From Dehalococcoidia bacterium (lineage in GTDB: Bacteria; Chloroflexota; Dehalococcoidia; GIF9; UBA5629): a stretch of 64,000 bases of DNA. The stretch covers positions 96,001 through 160,000 of the forward strand of contig JBEKIW010000002.1 of the NCBI GenBank assembly GCA_050011565.1, written 5' to 3'. The position numbers and the translations under genes are program-made. Below, piece after piece: positions 39,056 to 49,518 of the stretch. Under the pieces are notes generated by a model. That model searched no databases. It had not been told where the DNA came from and worked only from the letters and a program-made list of their open reading frames with translations. Within the stretch, counting starts at the first letter, position 1. The number at the start of each line of letters is the position of its first letter.

Positions 39056-39667
39056 TTAGCCCTCTCTTAGATGACAAGTATCGCTCAATGATACCAGGCG
39101 AGTCTGCCCATCTGTGAAGTCAATTATACTGATACTACCGGTCTGCACTCTAATCCGTTCTATAGTGGTCAGCGGCCATCCCAGAGCTTTACAGATGGTC
39201 GCCACGCACGTAAAAAAGTGGCTCACCACCACTACATTTCCGTGGTCATGTCTGTTCTTTATCGATTGAACTATGGTCCAGACCCTGTCAGCCAGCTCAG
39301 CGACACTCTCACCACCGGGTAACTTTTCCGTGCCCAGTCCCTGTCGCCAGTGAAGCAAAAATTGGCCAAAACTAGTCCCCAAATCAGCAATGGAGACGCC
39401 TTCTAGCTCACCGACTTCCATCTCCCGTAAATCGGGCTCTACCTGCACCGTTAAACTATGGTAGCCGGCAATGGCCTGTGCAGTATCCAGAGCGCGCTTT
39501 AAGGGGCTGGAATAAATAGCGCCAATTTCTGTGTCCTTTAGTGCCAGCCCCAGTCTCGCTGCCTGCTCTTTTCCGACCTCGCTTAATTCAATATCGCTGC
39601 TGCCACCCTGAATCCGCCTTTCCTGGTTCCAGGCGGTCTCGCCGTGTCTGACCAGAATAAGTTTAAT
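39056..39667 (-). CDS. Histidine phosphatase (PGM/CobC-like), apparent ATT start
   Basis: Frame continues upstream of the ORF-track start to IKLILVRHGETAWN..YSSPLKRA; AGGAGG lies 6 nt before ATT. Confidence 0.85.
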   Translation of the reverse strand: MKLILVRHGETAWNQERRIQGGSSDIELSEVGKEQAARLGLALKDTEIGAIYSSPLKRALDTAQAIAGYHSLTVQVEPDLREMEVGELEGVSIADLGTSFGQFLLHWRQGLGTEKLPGGESVAELADRVWTIVQSIKNRHDHGNVVVVSHFFTCVATICKALGWPLTTIERIRVQTGSISIIDFTDGQTRLVSLSDTCHLREG

Positions 39668-39670
39668 CGC

Positions 39671-40822
39671 TTACCTCCTTCTAGGAGCTTTCATATTATA
39701 ACGGTTGGCCAAACTAACCCGCTTAGTATACGGTGGATGGTCATAAAATAACAGTTCCTCCCAACGGCTGGGGTCGGCCACACTTAGATTCTGGTTCGTA
39801 AGCCTGGTCATTGCCGTAACAAAAGCTTGGGGATTAGCCGTCAATTCCAGGGCAGCTTTATCGGCGGACGCCTCCACATACCGGCTGCAGGCATTAGTCA
39901 ATGGCGTTATTATTAAGCTCATAGCAGCTATGGACAATAATAGCAGAGGGAACGCCGCCACATCGGCAATTCCATCAAAACCAAATGGGATAATGCTGGC
40001 TCTTAAAACCAGATTGGACAGGTATAAACCCAGCAAAATCATAGCTGCCTGCAGGGCAATAAGCTTGGGAATATCCTTGTGGAGGTGATGCCCCAGTTCA
40101 TGCGCCAGTATCACTTCAATCTCATCCGAACTATATTTCTGGAGCAAAGTATCGGTGAGAATAATACTCCTCGTCCTGCCCAGGCCGGCTAACATAGCAT
40201 TGGCTGTGGTGCCTTTGCTGCTCAAGTCTATGGTGGACACATTGGAAATCGGGGCTCGAGCCCGCTTTGCCAGCTTCATCAATCTTCGTTTAAGCCCCGT
40301 GTCACCCAGAGGCTCTAACTTAAAGAACATGGGCAGCAGTAAAGTCGGCGTCAGCCGCGTTAAAAGTAAGCTGAGCAGGAATAAAAATACGGCAGCCCAC
40401 AACCACCACATGTCCGGGAAGCGGGCCAGCAGCCAGTAAACGAGAATAGCTACTGCCAGGCCCAATAAAAAGCCCAGGGCTGAGGATTTGGCTCTGTCTG
40501 CCAACCAGGCACTAAGCTTTTGATGCGACAAATCGTAGCGTCGCGGCAGGATAAAGCCCTGGTAGTAGTTCAGCGGCATCAAAATTATTCCCAGACCAAC
40601 CGCCAAAATAGTAAAGTACAAAGCGGATGCCCAGGGCTGAGGAAAAGCCAAAAAGTAGCTCAGTTTGACCGAGAGGCCGCCGAAAACGAGCACCAGCAAT
40701 ATAACGCCGACTATAGCCAACTCGATTAAAGACAGTCGCCTCATAAGCCGGGCGAATTTCCTGGCCAGCTTTTGACGCTTAGAATTCAAACGAGGCTGTG
40801 TTGATTGCATCTGATAACCCAA
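39671..40822 (-). CDS. M48-family (Ste24-like) membrane metallopeptidase
   Basis: ANA, AHELGH, EASAD, DHPP; multiple TM helices. Confidence 0.92.
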   Translation of the reverse strand: MGYQMQSTQPRLNSKRQKLARKFARLMRRLSLIELAIVGVILLVLVFGGLSVKLSYFLAFPQPWASALYFTILAVGLGIILMPLNYYQGFILPRRYDLSHQKLSAWLADRAKSSALGFLLGLAVAILVYWLLARFPDMWWLWAAVFLFLLSLLLTRLTPTLLLPMFFKLEPLGDTGLKRRLMKLAKRARAPISNVSTIDLSSKGTTANAMLAGLGRTRSIILTDTLLQKYSSDEIEVILAHELGHHLHKDIPKLIALQAAMILLGLYLSNLVLRASIIPFGFDGIADVAAFPLLLLSIAAMSLIITPLTNACSRYVEASADKAALELTANPQAFVTAMTRLTNQNLSVADPSRWEELLFYDHPPYTKRVSLANRYNMKAPRRR

Positions 40823-40828
40823 TCGGAG

Positions 40829-41470
40829 TCAGTCTAAAATCAGATTGGTGCGATGAATAGATTTGGGACGTTTGGAGAAACCAAGGGCCTTAGTAACCTG
40901 CTCCGGCCTGCCCGCACCCTTTTCATCGCAGCGGAGTCTCATTCCCAAAACACATATTGAATCCTGGCAATCGATAAGCCGAAGGTCATCCACCAGGGCG
41001 CGCAAATCGTAGTAACGGTCGCCGGTATCCCGGTGATGGTGCCACGGCAGTTCCTTCATTGACAGAAAAGATTTCAAAGCTGACTCAACTTCCTGGCATC
41101 CTTTTTCCGTCTCTACTTCAACCCTGTACTCAACGAATTTAACCTGTGATTGAAGCGATGGAACGTTCGGCCCAACCGGCCAGACCTCAAGCAGAGCTAT
41201 GCCGCGAGGTAACTGCTTCTCTATCTGTGCCACAAAAGACTGAGGAGACACCCATCGAGATAGTGAAATATCCATTAGCTCAACGTCACTGGTCACGCCG
41301 ACTAACAGTGGAGCTGCCAGGGCAATCTGTGGATGAGGAGTGAAACCTTCCGAATAAGCTAACGGGAGGCCAGCCCGGCGTAAAGCCCTCTCCCAAAGCC
41401 TCATTAAGTCTAAGTGCGACAGAAACTTGAGCTCTTCACCACGGCCGAACTTAAGGCGCAGGCGCTGCAT
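40829..41470 (-). CDS. Radical-SAM-associated protein (TIGR03936/DUF2344)
   Basis: KFLSHLDLMRLWERALRRAGLPLAYSEGFTPHP. Confidence 0.9.
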   Translation of the reverse strand: MQRLRLKFGRGEELKFLSHLDLMRLWERALRRAGLPLAYSEGFTPHPQIALAAPLLVGVTSDVELMDISLSRWVSPQSFVAQIEKQLPRGIALLEVWPVGPNVPSLQSQVKFVEYRVEVETEKGCQEVESALKSFLSMKELPWHHHRDTGDRYYDLRALVDDLRLIDCQDSICVLGMRLRCDEKGAGRPEQVTKALGFSKRPKSIHRTNLILD

Positions 41471-42728
41471 CCTTTTCCCTGGTTATCTGAATCTTCTCTA
41501 TTTTCCGCCCCTGCATCTCAGCTATAGTTATTTTCAGGTCCTTATATTTTAAGTTCTCACCCTGCTTTGGTATGCGCCCTAAGTGGCTGAGAATGAACCC
41601 GGCCACGGTTTCATAGTCACCTGTAGGCAGGTCCAAATCCAGTTGCTCATTAGCTTCCTCCACCCTGACCCCACCATCGACCTCACAGGTATGAGCGTCG
41701 ATAGCTACGAAGTCTTTTTCCTTTACCGCCAGTTCATCGCCGATAACGCCCATTATCTCTTGAGTCAATTGCTCTAAGGCAGCTATACCGGCCACGCCGC
41801 CATATTCGTCAACAATGGCTACCATATGATAATTGTTATCCCTCATCTCAGCCAGAAGCTCACCCAGACGTTTGGTCTGGGGCACAAAATGCACGGGTCG
41901 AACCAGCTCATCGATAGGGCTATCCGGCTTCAGTAAATTTTTGGCCTGAGCCATAAGCACATCTTTAATCGATAAAACACCGACCACATTATCCGTTGTA
42001 CCCTTATAAACTGGAAAACGAGAGAAGGGATACTGTCTATAAATATCAAGAAAGCCGGCTAAAGTCGTCCCCTGCCTCAACCAGGTAACCTCGGTACGCG
42101 GCTGCATCACTTCACTGACCGGCCGGTCAGCGAATTCGAAGGTATTGTGTAGCATCTCCGCTTCTTCCTCTTCCCAGACCCCCTCCGCCTCACCAACGGT
42201 AATAGCCGTACGGAATTCATCCTGGCTAATCGTCGGCCTCGGCTCGGTACCGTCGGCAGCCATCCTGGTAAATCTGATGCCGATATGGTTAAGTACATAA
42301 ACAAATGGATAAAGTGCCGTCGATATAAATTCTATTGGCCTGGCATACGCCAGCGCTATTTTCTCCCCGTAGCGAGCAGCCAGGCTCTTGGGAATAAGCT
42401 CGGCGAAAATCAAAGTCAATATGGTTATTACGATGGTAGCTATGGCTACACCTAAGTTCTCCTTCCACAAAGATACAGCCATTACCGTACCCAGAGTAGC
42501 TACTGCCGTCTCGAAGAAATTGATGCACAAGAGCACGGTAGCCAGAAATTTCTCAGGTTTATCAAGAATTCGGGCTACGATTGCTGCTCTGGGGTGATTG
42601 ATACGTACCAGGTGTTTGAGGCGGAGTCGCTGCATGCCGATAAAAGCTGTCTCAGCGCTGCAGAAGAAGGCAGCTGCCGCCAGAGAAATCAAGAATAATA
42701 TTAAGAAGAGACCGCTAACGCCGTTCAT
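41451..42728 (-). CDS. CNNM/hemolysin-family CBS protein (DUF21-CBS-CorC)
   Basis: FFCSAETA, FAELIPKSLA, VMQPRT, FSRFPVY, VDEYGG, ETVAGF. Confidence 0.93.
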   Translation of the reverse strand: MNGVSGLFLILFLISLAAAAFFCSAETAFIGMQRLRLKHLVRINHPRAAIVARILDKPEKFLATVLLCINFFETAVATLGTVMAVSLWKENLGVAIATIVITILTLIFAELIPKSLAARYGEKIALAYARPIEFISTALYPFVYVLNHIGIRFTRMAADGTEPRPTISQDEFRTAITVGEAEGVWEEEEAEMLHNTFEFADRPVSEVMQPRTEVTWLRQGTTLAGFLDIYRQYPFSRFPVYKGTTDNVVGVLSIKDVLMAQAKNLLKPDSPIDELVRPVHFVPQTKRLGELLAEMRDNNYHMVAIVDEYGGVAGIAALEQLTQEIMGVIGDELAVKEKDFVAIDAHTCEVDGGVRVEEANEQLDLDLPTGDYETVAGFILSHLGRIPKQGENLKYKDLKITIAEMQGRKIEKIQITREKDAAPAP

Positions 42729-42820
42729 ATGTAGCCCAACCAATCAAGCGGCCGGGCAGTTCGGTACCATGATAGCATCGGACTTTAATAGTGTCAAAGA
42801 ATTATACTCGTTTTGTCGGC

Positions 42821-43003
42821 TTATCTGCCTCTCTTCTCGTAATCCAGGCACCAGATGGCATTAGGCCGCTCGGGGTTATGGCAGGCGCTTCGCCAGTCCC
42901 ATTTGCAGCTATCGCAAAGCAAGATTTTCATGCCCAGCATCTTCTTGATGCGGATTTTAGCTCTGTCCGCCCAGCTGGGCCTTAATTTCCTGCTTTTAGC
43001 CAT
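42821..43003 (-). CDS. Small 4-Cys hypothetical protein
   Basis: 60 aa, CDSC..C..C; GAGG SD; fills an intergenic gap. Confidence 0.6.
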   Translation of the reverse strand: MAKSRKLRPSWADRAKIRIKKMLGMKILLCDSCKWDWRSACHNPERPNAIWCLDYEKRGR

Positions 43004-43063
43004 TCCAACCTCGTTTTAAAGTCTTATTGTTCATATTTCACTAAAAAACATGTCTGGCTTATA

Positions 43064-43573
43064 CTACTTGTTCAACCCGCGCTGAATGCCGCGTATATAG
43101 GCAATCTGTCCCATGTGTAAAGCTATCTCAGTGGTGATGCGACACAATATATCGCCTACGGAGTCAGGCGAACGGTCCGGCCGCGCCAATTCGGATAGTC
43201 TTTCTGGAGAGATGCTGTTAAGCAAAGCCAGAGTCTTTTTTCGAACCGACTCGGAATAGCCGCGTATTATCTCCAACTTCGGCACCGGCCAGGCTCGAAG
43301 CTGCTCAAGTGTATAATCAAAGCCAGTATCTTTGGCTGGCGTGCCCAATTTCTCACGCCAACCTTCCGCCTCGTAAAGTTCTACACCTCGCTGGATAACA
43401 CGGATAACAAAGAAGTCTTCAACCCGGGTGACATGCCATAGTATAAAGGCAATGCTGTTAGACTCCTGTGCCGGGCTCCATGCCGCCTCTTCCTGAGTCA
43501 GACCATCAAGCGCTTTAGTAAGATATCCCTGGCTCTGCTCTAGAGATTTAACCATCGCCTCTGCAAGCTGCAT
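43064..43573 (-). CDS. DinB-family protein
   Basis: NSIAFILWH..ED, HMGQIAY; AGGAGG SD. Confidence 0.88.
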   Translation of the reverse strand: MQLAEAMVKSLEQSQGYLTKALDGLTQEEAAWSPAQESNSIAFILWHVTRVEDFFVIRVIQRGVELYEAEGWREKLGTPAKDTGFDYTLEQLRAWPVPKLEIIRGYSESVRKKTLALLNSISPERLSELARPDRSPDSVGDILCRITTEIALHMGQIAYIRGIQRGLNK

Positions 43574-43744
43574 CTGTCACCTCCTAATATGATGCATCGA
43601 ACAAATTAATAATAGCAAACGACGAATCCGCGAAGCAAAATTGACTGCCCGCGATATTCGATAATGAATCGGGAAAATAGTGCACAGTGCCGGGCTGGAT
43701 TGTTAAAATAAACCCTCAGTATTATAATTGCCCAAATCCGTAAT

Positions 43745-45595
43745 TTGAGGATAACGACATTGACTTATAAGTCCAAAGGTAAATGGCTATTTTTTCCACT
43801 TGCCGGACTTGCGGCTCTAGGCTTATTCCTGAGCAGCTTCGGGACTCTGGGTGCCGCCGACAGGGTTTACCACTACGAGTCTATAAATGTCGACATTAAA
43901 ATTCTGGAAAATTCGGATTTTCAGGTCAGCGAGGTCCAGACATTCGTTTTCACCTCAGGCGATTTCCACTACGCATTTAGATGGATACCCACGGATAGGC
44001 TCGAGTCAATCGATAATGTGGAGGTTTGGGAAGGTGACCGGCAATATCCGCTTAATCCTGTCGTTAAAGAGTGGATAGACATCCGGAAAAAAACGGGCGA
44101 GTCAGCTGGTGGCGACACTTATGGCTATGCCACCTGGATGGAAAAAGACCAATTCTGGGTCGGCTGGTGGTTCCCTGAGACAAGTAACAGCCGCCGGATT
44201 ATAGAACTCAGGTACACGGTTCACGGTGGTCTGCGCCTCAACAGCCCTGCCGACCAGCTATATTGGAAAGCTATCTTCGGAGACCGCGACGCTTATGTCG
44301 ATTCAAGCCAGGTATTCGTTCATCTGCCTGGACCCGTGCCGCCAGAACAGCTTTTGATTTATAGCTACGGGGTATCTGCCACCAAACAAATCATAGATGA
44401 CACAACCATAGAGTTCATAACAGGTAGCATACCTGCTGCCGGAGAACTCGAGATTAATATCTATTTCCCACACGGCATGGTCAGCGGTGTGCCGCCAGCC
44501 TGGCAAAAAAAGCTGGAACAGCGAGAAGCCTATAACGACCATGTTAAGCCGATAGTTAATCTGTCACTTACCCTGTTTGGCTTAGTGGTTGTACCGCTGC
44601 TCGGTGCTCTCTGGATACGTCGCGCCTTCAGGAAAAGAGGTCGCCTGTCGAAAGTCAGCGCGGCGCCACAGTCGCAGTATTCACTACCCAGTGATTTGCC
44701 GCCGGCATTGGTGGCTTTAGTCACCCGTGGCAGAGTAGGTCCTACGGAGCTTACAGCCACTATCTTCGACCTGGCCAATAAGGGCATAGTCGAACTAATA
44801 CAAACGGAAAAACAGCATTGGTCTGGCACGCAAAAAGACATACTGCTCATAAAAGCTAAAGACGAGGAGAAATTCTCCTTCGAGGACCTGATTACGCAGA
44901 CTATGGCTAGCCGCGATGGGAAACTACTTTCCGAGCAGAAAGGACAGCATCCGCAGCTACTTAAGGAATTCACCCGTATGGTGGAACGCGAGGCAGTAAA
45001 GCTGAAACTTTTCGAGGAGGAGCCATCGCGGTCAGTCCAACGTCTGCTAATGCCCGGAATACTTCTTATCTTTCTTCCTATATTTCTCGGCATATTTCTC
45101 TTTGTGCTTCTGTGGCCATACGCTGAGATGATTTTCGTTCCCTTTGCCTTATGCCTCCCTATCGGTATGGCGGCAATCATACTTTCATCCAGGCTGCCAA
45201 AGCTAACAGAAGCAGGCGCTGCTGAGTGTGCTAAATGGAAAGCCTTTGGGAAATATCTCAAGAAAATGGCCAAAGACAAGCAGCTGGCCACCGACAACCT
45301 GAGCTATTGGGACTCCTATTTCGCCTATGCCGTAGTCTTCGGCTTAACCCAGGGCTGGGTAAAGCAGTTCAGTCAGCTTGATGCTCCGACACCGGTATGG
45401 TTTTATACCAGTGGAACAGACGGGGTAAGCGGGAACATATCATCGGTGCCATCGCTAAGCGCCGTAGGCGATGCCTTCAGCAGTATGGTAGACATGGTCA
45501 GCGGGGGCTTTTCCGGTGGTGGCAGTAGCGGAGGCGGCGGTGGCGGAGGAGGTGGTGGCGGAGGCGGTGGTGGAGGTGGCGGCGGCGCCGGCTGA
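43745..45595 (+). CDS. DUF2207-family membrane protein with poly-Gly tail
   Basis: LYW..G, ATIFDLA.KG, W.AF.KYL, YAVVFG, GGFSGGGSSGGGGGG. Confidence 0.88.
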   Translation: MRITTLTYKSKGKWLFFPLAGLAALGLFLSSFGTLGAADRVYHYESINVDIKILENSDFQVSEVQTFVFTSGDFHYAFRWIPTDRLESIDNVEVWEGDRQYPLNPVVKEWIDIRKKTGESAGGDTYGYATWMEKDQFWVGWWFPETSNSRRIIELRYTVHGGLRLNSPADQLYWKAIFGDRDAYVDSSQVFVHLPGPVPPEQLLIYSYGVSATKQIIDDTTIEFITGSIPAAGELEINIYFPHGMVSGVPPAWQKKLEQREAYNDHVKPIVNLSLTLFGLVVVPLLGALWIRRAFRKRGRLSKVSAAPQSQYSLPSDLPPALVALVTRGRVGPTELTATIFDLANKGIVELIQTEKQHWSGTQKDILLIKAKDEEKFSFEDLITQTMASRDGKLLSEQKGQHPQLLKEFTRMVEREAVKLKLFEEEPSRSVQRLLMPGILLIFLPIFLGIFLFVLLWPYAEMIFVPFALCLPIGMAAIILSSRLPKLTEAGAAECAKWKAFGKYLKKMAKDKQLATDNLSYWDSYFAYAVVFGLTQGWVKQFSQLDAPTPVWFYTSGTDGVSGNISSVPSLSAVGDAFSSMVDMVSGGFSGGGSSGGGGGGGGGGGGGGGGGGGAG

Positions 45596-45650
45596 CTTTC
45601 CAGTTGGAACTAACAGGCAACTTCGTTCTTGTGTTACGAAAGATGGGAAA

Positions 45651-46319
45651 ATGACCTGGGATAATATGTATCGAAATCATCAGCGTGTCTGGGGTGACAG
45701 ACCCAGCGCCTTGGCTGCCTTTGCCTGCCATTATTTACAGGGCGTCAAATCTTCCGGTAGTGCTAATGAAATATTAGACCTCGGGTGCGGCTATGGTCGT
45801 GATGCCATATATTTAGCCCGCAGCACTAAATGCCATGTCCTGGGCATTGACAATTCCAGTGAAGCCATTGAAATGGCAGGAAAGGCGCTGGCTGCTGATT
45901 TGGAATCGCGTGTCAGATTCCAGTGTTGTGACTTCAGGCAAATGCCTGAGGGAAAATTCGAAATTGTATTCGCCTCTAACTTTTATCACTTGCTAAAAAT
46001 GGAAGAGAGGCAAGCCTTCAGAAATACAATTAAAAAGAGCCTGAAGCCTGGCGGAATGCTTTTCCTCAGCACGCTTTCCCCGAGTGACCCCGAGCACTTT
46101 GGCAAAGGCAAACCCGTTGAGAACGAGGATAACTCATTCCACGACCAGAGGTTCCTCCACTTTTGCACACGGGAAGAGCTGGAAACAGATTTCAGTTTTT
46201 TAACCATCAAGGAGCTATCTGAGCACGAATACTATGAGCCTCGCTCCAATGGGGAAGTTCACCATCACATTTTATGGATACTTCTGGGTGTGAAACAGCA
46301 AGGGCCTATAAGCATTTAG
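45651..46319 (+). CDS. Class I SAM-dependent methyltransferase
   Basis: ILDLGCGYGRD, GIDNS, LKPGG; start placed at MTWD. Confidence 0.9.
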   Translation: MTWDNMYRNHQRVWGDRPSALAAFACHYLQGVKSSGSANEILDLGCGYGRDAIYLARSTKCHVLGIDNSSEAIEMAGKALAADLESRVRFQCCDFRQMPEGKFEIVFASNFYHLLKMEERQAFRNTIKKSLKPGGMLFLSTLSPSDPEHFGKGKPVENEDNSFHDQRFLHFCTREELETDFSFLTIKELSEHEYYEPRSNGEVHHHILWILLGVKQQGPISI

Positions 46320-46348
46320 CTAACTTTCGCCAAACACGGAGAACTCCA

Positions 46349-47335
46349 ATGATAAAAGAAAATCAATTACAATGGCTACTGGAACCAGGCGATATCGGCG
46401 TGAGATATCTTGCCCTGCGTGACTTAGCCGAAACCGATGCCGATGAATTAATGGCAGCCAGGAAAAGGGCACATACTGAAGGCCCTATTGCCAAAGTGCT
46501 GGAAAAGATGGAGAAGGAAGGCTATTGGGTGCAACCCGGAGCCGGATATTATCCGAAATACAGGGGCACTGTGTGGTCGATTATCTTACTGGCTCAGCTT
46601 GGCGCTTCTATTGAAATGGATAAGCGCTTGGCAATCGCCGGCTCTTATTTATTAGAGCATACGCTGACAAAAGACGGGCATTTCACAATTAACGGAGCCC
46701 CGTCGGGAACAATAGATTGCCTGCAGGGAAACCTCTGCGCCGCCCTACTGGACCTCGGGTTAAAAGACCCGCGCCTGGATAAGGCGTTTGAGTGGATGGC
46801 AAAGAGCGTCACCGGCGACGGCGTAGCCCCCATGGAGGATAAGACAGCTCCGGTGCGTTACTACGCCGGGAAATGCGGGCCCAAATTCGCCTGCGGCGCG
46901 AATAATAAACTGCCCTGCGCCTGGGGAGCCGTAAAAATAATGCTGGCTTTCAGCAAATTGCCGAAAGGAAAAAGAACAAAGTTGATAGATAACGCCATCG
47001 ATACAGGAGTTGATTTCCTGTTCAGCAAAGACCCGGCCAGGGCAGATTATCCCTGTGGCTACAGCGCTAAACCGAGTCAGAATTGGTGGAAATTCGGCTT
47101 TCCGGTGTTTTATGTGACCGATTTATTGCAGAATGTTGAAGCGCTGGTCGGATTAGGCTATGGTCATGACCCTCGGCTGGAAAATGCTTTGACCACAATC
47201 CGTGACAAGCAAGATGCCCAAGGGCGCTGGTTGATGGAATACGATTACACCGGCAAGACATGGATAAACTTCGGTGCCAAAAAGCAACCTAACAAGTGGG
47301 TAACGCTGCGTGCCCTGCGCATCTTGAAAGCATAA
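46349..47335 (+). CDS. Prenyltransferase/squalene-cyclase-like alpha-barrel hypothetical protein
   Basis: WLLE..VRY, YYPKY, Q..DG.W-like repeats, PNKWVTLRAL. Confidence 0.7.
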   Translation: MIKENQLQWLLEPGDIGVRYLALRDLAETDADELMAARKRAHTEGPIAKVLEKMEKEGYWVQPGAGYYPKYRGTVWSIILLAQLGASIEMDKRLAIAGSYLLEHTLTKDGHFTINGAPSGTIDCLQGNLCAALLDLGLKDPRLDKAFEWMAKSVTGDGVAPMEDKTAPVRYYAGKCGPKFACGANNKLPCAWGAVKIMLAFSKLPKGKRTKLIDNAIDTGVDFLFSKDPARADYPCGYSAKPSQNWWKFGFPVFYVTDLLQNVEALVGLGYGHDPRLENALTTIRDKQDAQGRWLMEYDYTGKTWINFGAKKQPNKWVTLRALRILKA

Positions 47336-47339
47336 ACTA

Positions 47340-47978
47340 ATGACCGGACATAAGCAAAGACCAACATTGAAAACTAAAGTTGTGATACTTGATGCCATGG
47401 GAGTAATGTATTCCATCGGGGATGACGTAAAAGACTTGCTCTGCCCGTTTATTGCCGAGAAGGGCGGTATCAACGATATAGATATAATCAACGGCCTCTA
47501 TGCTGCAGCGAGTCTGGGTAATATAAACTCAACTGAACTTTGGCAAGCCGTAGGTATAAACCCCAACCTGGAAGATGAATACCTGCAACGTCATAATCTG
47601 ACCGATGGCTTGATTGAATTCCTCGAGGCAACCAATTCAAGAGGCGGGGAAGTTTGGTGTCTATCGAATGACCTCTCAGAGTGGTCGAGAAAACTGCGAG
47701 ATAGATTTAAGTTTGAGAGATATATCCGTGGCTTTGTCATCAGCGGAGATGTCGGCCTCAGAAAACCAGACCCCGCTATCTTTCAATACCTAATCCGGCA
47801 GCTAAATGTCAACGCCAGTTCTGCGGTATTTGTAGATGACAACCCTAAAAACCTGGACTCGGCAACTGGGCTGGGGCTTCAGACTATTCTTTTCAATGCC
47901 AGTGGTGAAAATCTTGGCCATTCTGTTCATAAATCAGCAAGGAACTTTAATGAACTGCTGCACTGCCTGTCGCAATGA
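47340..47978 (+). CDS. HAD-superfamily hydrolase
   Basis: ILDAMGV, LSN, RKPDPAIF, FVDD. Confidence 0.85.
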   Translation: MTGHKQRPTLKTKVVILDAMGVMYSIGDDVKDLLCPFIAEKGGINDIDIINGLYAAASLGNINSTELWQAVGINPNLEDEYLQRHNLTDGLIEFLEATNSRGGEVWCLSNDLSEWSRKLRDRFKFERYIRGFVISGDVGLRKPDPAIFQYLIRQLNVNASSAVFVDDNPKNLDSATGLGLQTILFNASGENLGHSVHKSARNFNELLHCLSQ

Positions 47979-48096
47979 AATTTAAATAACTGATGTCATA
48001 TATCAAAGCTCCACACCTGACCCAATTATGCCCCACAACTGACATTGATTTATATTTATGAATAACCTTCTCTTCGAATAGCTCACATGGAGGACA

Positions 48097-48906
48097 TGGA
48101 GCTGGGGAATCAATAGGTAGAACCATTTTTGAGGCGATATTTAGGCTAGCAACATAAACCCAGCTAACTCACTTCACATGAGTATCAGTGACTATATACA
48201 AAGCTGGGTCTACTAAAGGATTGTTATAAAAATGGCAACTCACAACGTAATTGGGACAAACCCCGTGAATGTTTGTGACCGCACTTTGAGAATGAAGGAG
48301 CTTTATCGACTTTTTTGACTTAGGAATTACGATAAGCTCCATGCGCAGACACTGTACTTGAGAAGGCAATTTCACTATTTCATGTCTACCCTCTAAATTC
48401 GTCTCCGTTGGCAGTGCAAAGATATTGCCGGTATAGACGCACAGAAGTAGTTGAGGAGTTCTTACTGGAAACCAATCTAGCTCCCATTCATCTACTATGC
48501 GGTTTTGGGCGTCAATCATATGAGCAACCCCATACTTTTGGCTAATTGGCGGCGGGTGAAAAGTAACATGCGGGCTCTCAGCATCTTCGATGTCAACAAT
48601 TCCTTTGGGTAAAGTCTGGATATGATTAGTAAAAGCACCGGATTGAACAACTGCACTACCCCACTCTGTGAATTTTAGAGTTTTCGATAAGAGACCGAAA
48701 GACAAGGAGCCGTCTTCCTGCAAATTAATCCAAGCATAAGAATAATGATGGTTTTTTATTAGAAGGTAGATACGTACTTGCCCAAGCCATTCCTTTCTCA
48801 TGCTCTTGTTCTCCACTTGTGCACTGGTAGTTTGCTGGTGGTGGCTATTAGTTAAACTTTTACGAAACGATTTGCTAGATTTATTTTAAACTTTTGCTAA
48901 ACAAAG
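48097..48906. mobile_element. Degenerate islet at the tRNA-Ala 3' end
   Basis: TGGAGCTG repeat of the tRNA acceptor end at 48097; one AT-rich orphan ORF inside; no integrase. Confidence 0.45.
48169..48816 (-). CDS. Hypothetical protein (AT-rich orphan)
   Basis: 215-aa ORF, no recognised motif. Confidence 0.65.
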   Translation of the reverse strand: MENKSMRKEWLGQVRIYLLIKNHHYSYAWINLQEDGSLSFGLLSKTLKFTEWGSAVVQSGAFTNHIQTLPKGIVDIEDAESPHVTFHPPPISQKYGVAHMIDAQNRIVDEWELDWFPVRTPQLLLCVYTGNIFALPTETNLEGRHEIVKLPSQVQCLRMELIVIPKSKKSIKLLHSQSAVTNIHGVCPNYVVSCHFYNNPLVDPALYIVTDTHVK

Positions 48907-48982
<76 letters not shown>

Positions 48983-49100
48983 ATCCAATGATTGATTATA
49001 CTAGCAGGCAACACTCATTAACAAGCGGTTTCAGCTTGTTGCTACGTGTTCCATAGTGGGACAAAAAGAAGTCTTGCCGGCTACCGGGGGGATATCCGGG

Positions 49101-49346
49101 CTATTTCTTCATCAGTATTCGGCACAGGGCAAATATAACCAGCAGATAACCGATTATCCTGATGACAATGATAAAGGCATCCAGACTTGCTGCCAGCCCC
49201 GCCAGTGTCAGAGCATGAGAAATGGCGAACAAACCAAAGCCAATGCCGATGTAAAGAGCTACGTCAGACTTCCTCTTGACGAACGCCCAGATACCCAAAG
49301 CCAGTATTACGGTAGTCAGGACCAGATTGATAATAGTTACTGCCAT
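49101..49346 (-). CDS. Small 3-TM membrane protein
   Basis: Three hydrophobic segments; G-rich SD. Confidence 0.75.
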   Translation of the reverse strand: MAVTIINLVLTTVILALGIWAFVKRKSDVALYIGIGFGLFAISHALTLAGLAASLDAFIIVIRIIGYLLVIFALCRILMKK

Positions 49347-49518
49347 TTGTGGTAACCCCCTTTTTTTAAATATTCAGCACTTTATGCCAGTCAGTCATCA
49401 TAGCAGCTTTGACCGGCAACGTAAAGCAGTACCATAAACCGCGCCGCGGCACGGCTGGCTTCAATTAGTCGGTGATTTCAATTACAATATAATTGATTGA
49501 CATTTCAGGAGGTGGACT

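Noticed and set aside
44530-45297. Long antisense ORF (255 aa) and similar shadow ORFs throughout the track
   Set aside because: They overlap well-supported genes on the other strand and have no recognisable motifs
45510-45595. GGN microsatellite
   Set aside because: Encodes the usual poly-Gly tail of DUF2207 proteins
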